Of a DNA stretch of 31,903 nt, positions 9,772 to 18,619 are shown piece by piece. Numbering within the stretch: the stretch's first letter is position 1; the number at the start of each line of letters is the position of its first letter. Made by a program: the position numbers and the translations under genes. Source of the stretch: a virus (Duplodnaviria > Heunggongvirae > Uroviricota > Caudoviricetes); the IMG/VR virus record IMGVR_UViG_648276649_000004; one strand, given 5' to 3'. Below the pieces are notes generated by a model, which worked only from the letters and a program-made list of their open reading frames with translations, was not told the origin of the DNA and searched no databases.

Positions 9772-10842
9772 ATGGCTAACGCCTGGCTCAGATTATGGCA
9801 TGACATGCCAAATGACCCTAAGTGGCGAACAATTGCCAGGGTGTCAGGGCAGCCAATTGCAACAGTGATGGCAGTGTATATCCACCTCCTGGTGAGCGCG
9901 TCACGAAATGTCACGCGAGGTCACATTGAGGTCACGACAGAAGATTTGGCAAGTGCGCTCGACGTGACAGAAGAGGTAATTGATTCAATTTTGCAGACGA
10001 TGCAGGGGCGGGTACTTGATGGTGATTTAATCACTGGATGGGAAAAACGCCAGGTGCTTAAAGAGGACAACGGCAATATTTCGCAAACCGCAAAATCTCC
10101 TGCAGAGCGCAAGAGGGCGCAGCGAGAGAGGGAAAGAAAGCGGGAACAAAATGGCGATTGTCACGGCGCGTCACGAAATGTCACGCATATGTCACGACGA
10201 GTCACGACAGATAAAGATACAGATAAAGATACAGATCAAGAAGATCAAAACACTATGGTCCATGGCGTAAAAAACGCCACGAACCAGGCAGGGGATGTTC
10301 AGACCGTCAATCTTGGTCAGCCAGCAGGCACGACACCGGAAGCCGATTCAGCGTATGCGCTGAAAGCCGATTCGGGCGCTGTGCAGCAGGTGATGACCGC
10401 AAGGCCGGAGCAATCACACCAACTGCAGCAGCCCGAAGCCGATTCCGCCATTCAGCGGGAAGCCGATCGGGTAGTCCCGGAAAACACCGGGCAGTCTGTG
10501 GGACGAGTGGATTATCCGGATGTGTTCGAACAGGTCTGGCGGGAGTACCCGTTGCGTGCTGGGGCAAACCCGAAGAAATCCGCTTTCAGTGCCTGGAAGG
10601 CCAGATTACGCGAGGGGGTGCCACCAGAGGCCATGCTGGATGGCGTGAGGCGTTACGCAAGATACTTGGCGGCTACCGGGAAAACGGGAACGGAATTTGT
10701 TCAGCGAGCGACGACGTTTTTTGGACCGGACCGGAATTTTGAGAACCCCTGGTTGCTCCCGGTAAGCGGCACGAACAACCAGCGTTGTGTGAATCATATT
10801 TCTGAACCGGATAACGAAATTCCGCCGGGCTTCAGGGGGTAA
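9772..10842 (+). CDS. ydaU: Replication initiation protein, lambda O-like (YdaU-like but longer); contains internal iteron arrays
   Basis: ATG at 9772 preceded by an AGAGG ribosome-binding site. N-terminal region MANAWLRLWHDMPNDPKWRTIARV... followed by a Lys/Arg/Glu-rich linker and a C-terminal domain; two arrays of 10-bp-periodic TCACG repeats lie inside the coding sequence, as in O-type genes. Confidence 0.7.
   Translation: MANAWLRLWHDMPNDPKWRTIARVSGQPIATVMAVYIHLLVSASRNVTRGHIEVTTEDLASALDVTEEVIDSILQTMQGRVLDGDLITGWEKRQVLKEDNGNISQTAKSPAERKRAQRERERKREQNGDCHGASRNVTHMSRRVTTDKDTDKDTDQEDQNTMVHGVKNATNQAGDVQTVNLGQPAGTTPEADSAYALKADSGAVQQVMTARPEQSHQLQQPEADSAIQREADRVVPENTGQSVGRVDYPDVFEQVWREYPLRAGANPKKSAFSAWKARLREGVPPEAMLDGVRRYARYLAATGKTGTEFVQRATTFFGPDRNFENPWLLPVSGTNNQRCVNHISEPDNEIPPGFRG
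9898..9940. repeat. Iteron array 1: four TCACG-type repeats at 10-11 bp spacing
   Basis: Direct reading: gcgTCACGaaatgTCACGcgaggTCACAttgaggTCACGacag. Confidence 0.55.
10158..10232. repeat. Iteron array 2: five TCACG repeats at 10-11 bp spacing, followed by an A/T-rich tandem repeat (candidate origin)
   Basis: Direct reading: tgTCACGgcgcgTCACGaaatgTCACGcatatgTCACGacgagTCACGacag, then agataaagatac repeated twice. Confidence 0.55.
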
Positions 10843-10882
10843 GTGTTAATTTCTGGTCATGAGGTAATTTTCAGGAGGGCTT

Positions 10883-11305
10883 GTGGCAAAAGTTTTTACA
10901 CAAGAAGAGCGGGAAAAAATTAAAGGGCAGGTTCTTGAACTCGTACGCCAGAGTGGGCGCGAGACGTTACGACAACTGGAAGCTAAAACTGGGGCAACAA
11001 GATATCTGATGAGCGTTCTGGCCAGAGAGCTGGTTGCCAGTGGCGATGTATACAATTCTGGCTACGGGTTATTCCCGTCTGAACAGGCTCGTAAAGACTG
11101 GCAAAATGCCCGCAAAAAATTATCGAGGGCAAAGCTGAAGAAACCGGTTGTGGTTGATCCGGACCTTATCTGGTCATTACCTGACGGAGAAATACGTCGC
11201 TACGACAGTCGCCTAAACATAATCTGTCGCGAGTGCCGGAAGAGCGAAGTTATGCAGCGCATATTGTCGTTTTATCAGGGGGATGTTCGGTATTTATTGA
11301 AGTGA
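10883..11305 (+). CDS. Hypothetical protein, 140 aa (GTG start), in the slot where lambdoid phages carry P or a DnaC-like loader
   Basis: Strong CAGGAGGG ribosome-binding site 3 nt upstream of the GTG at 10883. No Walker motifs, so it is not a helicase loader; function unknown. Confidence 0.55.
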   Translation: MAKVFTQEEREKIKGQVLELVRQSGRETLRQLEAKTGATRYLMSVLARELVASGDVYNSGYGLFPSEQARKDWQNARKKLSRAKLKKPVVVDPDLIWSLPDGEIRRYDSRLNIICRECRKSEVMQRILSFYQGDVRYLLK

Positions 11306-11639
11306 CGAGATTAAAGTGCATTAGTTCAGATGCAAATTGACATTTTGTGGCACAGGGTAGAGCTAGCGTGGTTGTCCGCTTTGTGCCAAGAGCAGACGCT
11401 GGTAATTCGTGCCTAATATACTTCACTTAACTTATATCCCAGCTTTGATACAGATCATACAAATTAAATGCCCCAGTAATTGGCAGGCTGAGTAACTTAA
11501 AACTCCTTAGAATATAGGATGATTTGTATCGGCACTCATTCCACCATGCATTCCGATTAACCCCGCATAGCCAGTTGAACTTTGCTACTCTGTGAGAGGT
11601 AGTACCTTCTATCCAGTGCGGATTTAATTAATGGAATAA

Positions 11640-13643
11640 ATGATTATGAGTGAAAATGATACAACCCCAAAGAAGTCTACAAGCCAGATTAACAAAGCGG
11701 TATTCTTTACATCTGCTTTGCTAATTTTCCTTCTTGTCGCCTTTGCCGCCGTATTCCCGGATGTCGCCGACAAAAATTTTAAACTACTTCAGCAACAAAT
11801 CTTCACGAATGCCAGCTGGTTCTACATACTTGCTGTGGCCCTGATTTTACTGAGCGTCACGTTCCTTGGACTCTCACGTTACGGTGATATAAAGCTGGGC
11901 CCAGACCATGCGCAGCCTGATTTCAGCTACCACTCCTGGTTCGCGATGCTTTTTTCGGCAGGGATGGGGATCGGCCTGATGTTCTTTGGCGTTGCCGAAC
12001 CTGTGATGCATTATCTTTCGCCACCTGTCGGCACTCCAGAGACCGTTGCGGCAGCGAAGGAAGCCATGCGCCTGACGTTCTTCCACTGGGGTCTGCACGC
12101 ATGGGCAATTTATGCCATCGTGGCGCTGATTCTGGCCTTTTTCAGTTACCGTCACGGTCTGCCTTTAACGCTGCGTTCTGCGCTCTATCCCATTATCGGC
12201 GATCGCATTTACGGGCCTATAGGCCACGCGGTTGATATCTTCGCCGTGATAGGCACTGTCTTTGGCGTTGCAACATCGCTGGGTTACGGTGTATTGCAGG
12301 TGAATGCCGGTTTGAACCATCTTTTCGGCGTGCCCATCAATGAAACGGTACAGGTCATTTTGATCGTGGTCATCACGGGGTTAGCGACGATTTCGGTGGT
12401 GTCCGGCCTGGACAAGGGAATACGCATCCTGTCTGAGCTTAATCTGGGCCTGGCGGTGTTGCTCCTGGCGCTGGTCTTGTGCCTGGGTCCCACTGTGCTT
12501 CTGCTGAAGTCATTTGTGGAAAATACGGGTGGTTATCTGTCGGAACTGGTGAGTAAAACGTTCAACCTTTACGCGTATGAACCCAAGTCGAGCAACTGGC
12601 TGGGGGGCTGGACATTATTATACTGGGGATGGTGGCTTTCATGGTCGCCGTTTGTAGGTATGTTCATTGCACGCGTTTCCCGCGGCAGGACAATTCGTGA
12701 GTTCGTGACTGGCGTGTTGTTTGTTCCCGCCGGCTTTACGCTCATGTGGATGACGGTGTTTGGAAACAGCGCCATCTATCTCATCATGAACCAGGGCGCC
12801 ACTGACCTCGCCAATACCGTTCAGCAGGATGTTGCGCTTGCCCTGTTTAATTTCCTGGAGCATTTCCCGTTCTCTTCCGTGCTGTCATTCATTGCAATGG
12901 CGATGGTCATCGTCTTCTTTGTAACGTCTGCTGATTCGGGGGCAATGGTTGTGGATACTCTGGCATCAGGTGGGGTGGCAAACACGCCCGTCTGGCAGCG
13001 AATTTTCTGGGCATCGCTCATGGGCGTTGTTGCTATTGCCCTGCTGATCGCAGGGGGGCTGAGTGCGTTGCAAACCGTAACGATAGCGAGTGCATTGCCC
13101 TTCTCAGTTATCTTATTAATATCCATATACGGACTGTTAAAAGCCCTGCGTCGGGATTTGACCAAGCGTGAAAGCCTTAGCATGGCGACTATTGCTCCTA
13201 CGGCTGCACGTAACCCAATTCCCTGGCAGAGAAGGTTACGCAATATCGCGTATTTGCCGAAGCGCTCTCTTGTGAAACGTTTTATGGACGACATTATCCA
13301 ACCCGCCATGACGCTGGTTCAGGAGGAACTTAACAAGCAGGGAACGATAAGCCACATCAGTGACGCCGCCGAGGATCGTATTCGCCTTGAAGTCGATTTG
13401 GGCAACGAGCTGAATTATATATATGAAGTGAGGCTTCGCGGGTATAACTCACCGACCTTCGCGCTCGCTGCGCTGGATAATGATGAGCAGCAGAGTGAAC
13501 AACATCGATATTATCGCGCTGAAGTCTATCTCAAAGAGGGCGGCCAAAATTATGATGTAATGGGCTGGAATCAGGAACAGCTGATTAATGACATACTGGA
13601 CCAGTACGAAAAACACCTGCACTTCCTGCATCTGGTTCGTTAA
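11640..13643 (+). CDS. BCCT-family transporter, BetT-like (choline / glycine betaine type), 667 aa
   Basis: Multi-span membrane protein with BCCT hallmarks (GIGLMFFGVAEP, WTLLYWGWWLSWSPFVG, ARVSRGRTIREF) and a BetT-like cytoplasmic C-terminal extension ending ...DILDQYEKHLHFLHLVR. Confidence 0.85.
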   Translation: MIMSENDTTPKKSTSQINKAVFFTSALLIFLLVAFAAVFPDVADKNFKLLQQQIFTNASWFYILAVALILLSVTFLGLSRYGDIKLGPDHAQPDFSYHSWFAMLFSAGMGIGLMFFGVAEPVMHYLSPPVGTPETVAAAKEAMRLTFFHWGLHAWAIYAIVALILAFFSYRHGLPLTLRSALYPIIGDRIYGPIGHAVDIFAVIGTVFGVATSLGYGVLQVNAGLNHLFGVPINETVQVILIVVITGLATISVVSGLDKGIRILSELNLGLAVLLLALVLCLGPTVLLLKSFVENTGGYLSELVSKTFNLYAYEPKSSNWLGGWTLLYWGWWLSWSPFVGMFIARVSRGRTIREFVTGVLFVPAGFTLMWMTVFGNSAIYLIMNQGATDLANTVQQDVALALFNFLEHFPFSSVLSFIAMAMVIVFFVTSADSGAMVVDTLASGGVANTPVWQRIFWASLMGVVAIALLIAGGLSALQTVTIASALPFSVILLISIYGLLKALRRDLTKRESLSMATIAPTAARNPIPWQRRLRNIAYLPKRSLVKRFMDDIIQPAMTLVQEELNKQGTISHISDAAEDRIRLEVDLGNELNYIYEVRLRGYNSPTFALAALDNDEQQSEQHRYYRAEVYLKEGGQNYDVMGWNQEQLINDILDQYEKHLHFLHLVR

Positions 13644-13650
13644 CAGCAAC

Positions 13651-13679
13651 ATGCCGCCACAGAGGCGGCATTTATTTAT
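13651..13679 (+). terminator. Rho-independent terminator after the BCCT gene
   Basis: atgccgcc-acagag-ggcggcat hairpin followed by a TTTATTTAT tract, 8 nt after the stop codon. Confidence 0.6.
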
Positions 13680-13706
13680 CCCGGCTGCAATATGAGGGAA
13701 TGCAGA

Positions 13707-14984
13707 ATGATTTCACGCTGGAAATGGATGCTGAAGCAGACATTTAAAAAACTATGGTTCAGGGCAACGTTATTCGCAATTGTCGCAATAATAACGGCCC
13801 TTTTATCAATTCTTTTTAAATCAATGATACCTGAGTCGGTTTCCGTGAAGGTTGGTGCGGAAGCAGTCGATAACATTCTGAACATACTGGCATCGAGTAT
13901 GCTGGCAGTGACCACATTTTCGCTGAGCATCATGGTCACAGCCTACGGTTCAGCCACTACTAATGTGACTCCCAGAGCTACTCGTTTAGTTGTTGAAGAC
14001 GTCACCACACAAAATGTACTGGCCACCTTCATCGGTTCTTTTCTCTTCAGTCTGGTAGGGATTATTGCCCTCAATATGGGAGCTTATGGAGAAAGGGGGA
14101 GAGTCATTTTATTCATTGTAACACTGGTTGTCATTGCCTTAATCCTCATCACATTGCTTCGCTGGATACAGCATTTGACCTCTCTGGGGAGGGTTGGTGA
14201 GACAACGGCAAAAGTAGAACAGGCGGCCATCGAAACATTTATTGCGAGAGCAAGAAATCCCTGTCTCGGCGGATATCCATGGCTTGAGAACAATGAACAG
14301 CCGAAAGGAACGGTTGCAGTTTATCCGAAAAAGATTGGCTATGTTGAATATGTTGATATGGTGAAACTCAGCAAGCTGCTGACCAATGATCCCCGTCATG
14401 TATACCTCGTGGCGCAGCCGGGCAGTTTCATACATCCGTCCACGCCAGTTTTGTACCTGAGTCAGGGCCAGGAGTCATCAATCAGCACCGATTTACTTGA
14501 GACGATTATTGTCTCGGATGTACGTTCATTTGCTCAGGACCCCCGATTTTGTCTTAGCGTCATGGCCGAAATAGCCTGCCGAGCCCTTTCCCCCGCAGTG
14601 AACGATCCTGGAACCGCCATTGATGTCATTGGCAGAGGTGTACGTATACTTTCCGCTTACGCGCAGAATAAATCTGATGAAATAGAAGTGAAATATCCTT
14701 CTGTACATGTTGCACCACTTCAGAATAACGATCTACTTGAAGACTTTTTCTCACCTGTTGCGCGCGATGGTGCCAGTATGAGGGAAATTCAGATAAGGGT
14801 ACTTAAAGGACTGTCGATGCTGAGTAAGGGTTGGCCTGGAATTTTTGCTGAAGCCGCACAAACCCTAGCATTTGAAACATTAGAGCATGCTACTCGTGCT
14901 GACCATATAGATTCTGACAGATATCTAATAAAATCAATTTATTATAATTTATTTAGTGGCGAAGATTCTAATAAAAAACCATAG
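13707..14984 (+). CDS. Polytopic membrane protein with a large soluble C-terminal domain (recalled as DUF2254-type); function unknown
   Basis: GAGGGA ribosome-binding site 7 nt before the ATG at 13707. The N-terminal roughly 160 aa contain several hydrophobic helices; the C-terminal roughly 270 aa are soluble. Family assignment is from memory and unverified. Confidence 0.65.
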   Translation: MISRWKWMLKQTFKKLWFRATLFAIVAIITALLSILFKSMIPESVSVKVGAEAVDNILNILASSMLAVTTFSLSIMVTAYGSATTNVTPRATRLVVEDVTTQNVLATFIGSFLFSLVGIIALNMGAYGERGRVILFIVTLVVIALILITLLRWIQHLTSLGRVGETTAKVEQAAIETFIARARNPCLGGYPWLENNEQPKGTVAVYPKKIGYVEYVDMVKLSKLLTNDPRHVYLVAQPGSFIHPSTPVLYLSQGQESSISTDLLETIIVSDVRSFAQDPRFCLSVMAEIACRALSPAVNDPGTAIDVIGRGVRILSAYAQNKSDEIEVKYPSVHVAPLQNNDLLEDFFSPVARDGASMREIQIRVLKGLSMLSKGWPGIFAEAAQTLAFETLEHATRADHIDSDRYLIKSIYYNLFSGEDSNKKP

Positions 14985-15114
14985 TTGCGGAGCAAGCGAT
15001 ACGGTTGTTGGCAAGTCAAGGGCAAAGCATTCGCGTGAGAGTGGGCGTCTGCTTTGTGCCAGAAGCGGACATACGTAACTTATGATACGCATCGCCAATC
15101 ATCCGTTTCAAACA

Positions 15115-15996
15115 TCAACGCGGAAACGTTTTAAGAATGTAATCCCGAACATAGGCGGTTCGGCTGTTATTAGCCGTCCTTTTGTTCCAGACCAGATAAA
15201 GATGATTAGTCGGAGCGAGGTCTGCAGGTGTCACTGAAATCAGGCGACCACTTTTCAGGTCATTGTCACAGTGATAATCCGGCAGCACTGTCCACCCGTG
15301 GCCGTCACAGACCAAGTCGCGGATAATACGTAAATCCGGAATGGTGAATGTAGCCTGCATCTCAGGGGCTCTCTGAAACATGGAGGCCCAGAGCGCTCTA
15401 ATCAGTGGCAACTCTTCGTCATAAGCAATCAGCGGTAATGAGGCAAGCGTTTCAGCACCAGGTTCTGATCCGATGATCTCTGACATGGCGGGAGCATGAA
15501 CAAGGAGCATGCGTTCAGTCAGTAGATGTGCATAGCCGTACAGACGGTCATCAGGCATAGATGCGGTAACAGCGAGATCGGCGCTCCCGTCATGCAAAAG
15601 GGAATAAATACGTTGCTTATTGCCGGTATGAAAGCGTAGGCGATACCCCTCCTTCATTAGTGGAGCCATTACTGTCCCAAGCCGGGAATGAATAAAATCT
15701 GGCGGTCCTGCCAGATTAATTGTTCCCCCACGTACAGAGCCTGACCGGAAAGAGGACAGCTTTTCTTCCAGACCATCAATGAAGGGTGAAACTGAGCGGG
15801 CAAGCTCATCCGCAGCTTCGGTTGCCGTCACGCCTCTGGCCTGCCTGATAAACAGACGCTTACCAACCAGAGTCTCAAGAGACTGGATATGCTGTGACGC
15901 CGCGGGCTGAGTGATGCCCAGTAGTTCTGCCGCCTTTGAAAAGGAGCCAGAGCGATAGGCCTCAAGAAACGTTCGCAGATGGCTCAGATGGCTCAT
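15115..15996 (-). CDS. LysR-family transcriptional regulator, 293 aa
   Basis: N-terminal HTH (MSHLSHLRTFLEAYRSGSFSKAAELLGITQPAASQHIQSLE) and a LysR substrate-binding domain; the start overlaps the stop of the upstream ChaC-like gene. Confidence 0.85.
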   Translation of the reverse strand: MSHLSHLRTFLEAYRSGSFSKAAELLGITQPAASQHIQSLETLVGKRLFIRQARGVTATEAADELARSVSPFIDGLEEKLSSFRSGSVRGGTINLAGPPDFIHSRLGTVMAPLMKEGYRLRFHTGNKQRIYSLLHDGSADLAVTASMPDDRLYGYAHLLTERMLLVHAPAMSEIIGSEPGAETLASLPLIAYDEELPLIRALWASMFQRAPEMQATFTIPDLRIIRDLVCDGHGWTVLPDYHCDNDLKSGRLISVTPADLAPTNHLYLVWNKRTANNSRTAYVRDYILKTFPR

Positions 15997-16685
15997 AGTG
16001 AAGCGCCTCGCTGATGAAGTTTATCGTTACAGGGAGCCTCATGCAGAGCAAGGGCCAGTTCACTCACGTAATCATCCCGTATTCCCAACGCACCCAGAGT
16101 GGCCTGCAGTTTCCATACATAATCTGCATTCGTGCCAATGTCTCCACGGGCAGATGCGATGCTCAACGCTACGGTCGCTGTAAGATTGTCCTGTTCATAA
16201 TGCGGATGCAGTCTGTCTGATACGAAAGCCAGCGCCTGAATTTCCTTACCGTTTCCTAGCGAAACGTCTGCCCAGACCGGACGGTAAAGACCGGTTATCA
16301 TCTCGCGCGTCCAGACAATTTCCAGCTCATTAATAAGAGTCGATTCCGGCAGTCTGAACGCAATACCTTCGGTAATTCCACCTTCGTCGAGCGATAACAT
16401 CCTGCCGGGGACATCAGGAGTCGCTCGTCCGGATATCAAACGAATGCAGAAACTGCGCTGCCATCCTTTCAGACGGGCCCGTTGCATTTCTTCAATCGCC
16501 AGCACGGGATTCCACATCAATGACCCGTAGGCAAATATCCAGACAGGAGCACCCGTCGGGCGCTCCTCCAGAGTAGAGTTCATTGATGCGCGTATTTTTT
16601 CAGCGTCCCAGAGCATATTCGCCGGGAGCAGCGCTTCATGCACCCTGACAAATGTGCCATTAAGCATATTTTCACGGGTAAGCAT
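15993..16685 (-). CDS. ChaC-like gamma-glutamylcyclotransferase family protein, 230 aa
   Basis: Contains the YGSLMWNP motif and overall ChaC-like architecture; GGGAGG ribosome-binding site upstream of the ATG at 16685. Confidence 0.75.
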   Translation of the reverse strand: MLTRENMLNGTFVRVHEALLPANMLWDAEKIRASMNSTLEERPTGAPVWIFAYGSLMWNPVLAIEEMQRARLKGWQRSFCIRLISGRATPDVPGRMLSLDEGGITEGIAFRLPESTLINELEIVWTREMITGLYRPVWADVSLGNGKEIQALAFVSDRLHPHYEQDNLTATVALSIASARGDIGTNADYVWKLQATLGALGIRDDYVSELALALHEAPCNDKLHQRGASL

Positions 16686-16696
16686 ATAACCTCCCT

Positions 16697-17896
16697 TTAC
16701 TGGCCTACGATTTTAACCTGTTGAAATTTACGACTGTGGCTGCGACGGATTTGTGCAAGCAGCAACAGCAGGCCGAGCAGAGAAACAATCGCACCGCTGA
16801 TACCGGTATACACGATACCGGCGTGGCTTATAGTAATGCTGCCCAGTACTGATCCCAGCGCTATACCTGAGTTGAAGCCCGCAATATTCAGGCCGGCAGC
16901 AACACCATGCGCATGAGGAGCATGTTGCTCAGCGACACCAATCAGACGGGCCTGCAGTGCCGGCACTGCGGCAAATGTCACCATACCCAGCAGCGCAACC
17001 AGAATGCCCATGCTCACCGGTGAGGATGACAGCAGCCACATACCAAGCACGACAACAACAATGCCGCTAATGATGAGTATATTGGCACGATTAACCCCCA
17101 TGCTGTCGGTAAGTTTCCCACCAAGAATATTACCTACCGCAGCTGTAATACCGTAAACCAGCATAAACAGACTCACCGTTGCTCCGGTAACCCCTGTCAC
17201 CTGCGTCAGAATAGGTGCGATAAAGGTGTAATCCGTAAACGAGCCTGCATACGCCAGCACCGTAACCAGCGCGCCGGCCAGCAACTTACGGTTAAACAGC
17301 ATGCCGATATTCTGCATTGCTGAGTCACTATGTTCACCGGGCACGCTGCGTACGGGATCTTTCATACCGAACAACAGTCCAAGGAATCCGAACGCGCCAA
17401 AAGCGGCAATAGCGCCGAGAACTGGACGCCATGAGACCACCCCCCCCAACCATGTACTCAGCGGTACGCCGATTGCCATCGCCAGAGTAAAGCCACCAAA
17501 TACCACAGCCACCGCTCTGCCTGCTTTACCCGGTCCAGCAAGACGAGCTGCGGTACTGGATGCCGCAGCCAGAAACAGGCCGTGTCCCAGACCAGCAATG
17601 AACCGCGCTAACAGGAGCTGAGGTAATGTGGCTGCAAACGCGGCCGCCAGACTACCGGCAGTAAACACAACGGCAGTTGTAAGCATTACATTTTTCCGGC
17701 TCCAGCTTGCTGTCAGCGCAGACAGTACGGGTGCCGCGAACGTTGCCCCCAGTGCATAGGTTGTAACCGCTGCCCCGGTCTGCTCCACACCCACACACAA
17801 CCCCTGAGCCATAACGTCTGTCAGCCCAATGGGGACAAATTCCGCGAGTCCGAGCGCAAAGGCACTGATAGTAAACACATAAATAACAAATGGCAT
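16697..17896 (-). CDS. MFS transporter (12-TM efflux-type permease), 399 aa
   Basis: Highly hydrophobic 399-aa ORF with an MFS-like layout; AGGAG ribosome-binding site 6 nt upstream of the ATG. It forms a same-strand cluster with the ChaC-like and LysR genes. Confidence 0.85.
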   Translation of the reverse strand: MPFVIYVFTISAFALGLAEFVPIGLTDVMAQGLCVGVEQTGAAVTTYALGATFAAPVLSALTASWSRKNVMLTTAVVFTAGSLAAAFAATLPQLLLARFIAGLGHGLFLAAASSTAARLAGPGKAGRAVAVVFGGFTLAMAIGVPLSTWLGGVVSWRPVLGAIAAFGAFGFLGLLFGMKDPVRSVPGEHSDSAMQNIGMLFNRKLLAGALVTVLAYAGSFTDYTFIAPILTQVTGVTGATVSLFMLVYGITAAVGNILGGKLTDSMGVNRANILIISGIVVVVLGMWLLSSSPVSMGILVALLGMVTFAAVPALQARLIGVAEQHAPHAHGVAAGLNIAGFNSGIALGSVLGSITISHAGIVYTGISGAIVSLLGLLLLLAQIRRSHSRKFQQVKIVGQ

Positions 17897-18315
17897 GACT
17901 GGCTCCTGATTTAAGTAAGGAGTGCAGTCTGATTTAGAAAAACAGATAAATAAAATAATGTAAACTTCAGGCGGGATAAAATTATTTATATCTAAGGCAA
18001 AGATTCAATATTCCCACAGCACACAGAAGTTTTCTGTCTTCAGGGAGAGGAGCTTCGAAAGTTCAGACGAAAAATTCCTGCGGCCCCTTTAAGAGTCAGT
18101 TGGCCGGGTTTGGTCCGCTCCTCGCTCAAAGCGGACTAGAAGGTTAGCTTGCGTCGGACTTGGCGTATTTAAAGAAGTGCTGGTGGTGACTGGTTGTTGT
18201 GTTCCATTTCTACAGAACAAAATCACAGAAACTATACCCAATAGTTATATTGAATCAATGATGAGACAGCCTCATATTTATCAGAACTGGTGTACGTCCA
18301 ATACAGGAGGTTGTC

Positions 18316-18405
18316 GTGCTGGTTCTCAAATGTGCGCTAGCTATTGCGGCTGTAATGGCAATTTATTGTCTTGCTGTTGTTCTTATGGAGCGGCTTTCTG
18401 ATTGA
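18316..18405 (+). CDS. Candidate small hydrophobic peptide, 29 aa (MLVLKCALAIAAVMAIYCLAVVLMERLSD)
   Basis: Perfect AGGAGG Shine-Dalgarno 5 nt upstream of the GTG at 18316; predicted single transmembrane helix. It competes with the 74-aa track ORF in another frame, so this is a low-confidence call. Confidence 0.3.
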   Translation: MLVLKCALAIAAVMAIYCLAVVLMERLSD

Positions 18406-18619
18406 TTACATACTGGCTAGAAAAAAGGTGTTACCTTGGTTTATCTTTGTCCGGCAAGGTGCGCTCATTAATCTTAAGTAAATTTATTGCTCAAGTATTC
18501 AGATTACTTCTTATGGTTGAAGTCTCCTGTCAATGTAGAACCAATATATTTACAAAAATGAGACCCGTCGGGGATAGCCCTGCCGGGTCTGACTGTTAAA
18601 GCATTTTTAATATGATCAT

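Noticed and set aside
9898-10232. Short periodic direct repeats that could be mistaken for a CRISPR array
   Set aside because: The repeats are only about 5-6 bp with a 10-bp period, there are no unique spacers, and the arrays lie inside a protein-coding gene in a replication module; they are iterons, not CRISPR.
11874-13309. Minus-strand ORFs of 61-162 aa inside the BCCT gene (11874-12155, 11923-12108, 12284-12493, 12569-12775, 12639-12863, 12821-13309)
   Set aside because: Antisense to a well-supported 667-aa transporter gene, with no independent signals.
17301-17621. Plus-strand 106-aa Pro/Ala/Arg-rich ORF
   Set aside because: Antisense to the MFS transporter gene; the composition reflects GC-rich antisense codons.
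18177-18401. 74-aa ORF with a Cys/Gly-rich tail, superficially microcin- or RiPP-like
   Set aside because: It has no ribosome-binding site at its GTG, and the Cys richness comes from reading GC-biased hydrophobic codons out of frame; the competing frame has a perfect Shine-Dalgarno and encodes a coherent transmembrane peptide. It is kept only as the alternative in the small-peptide finding.
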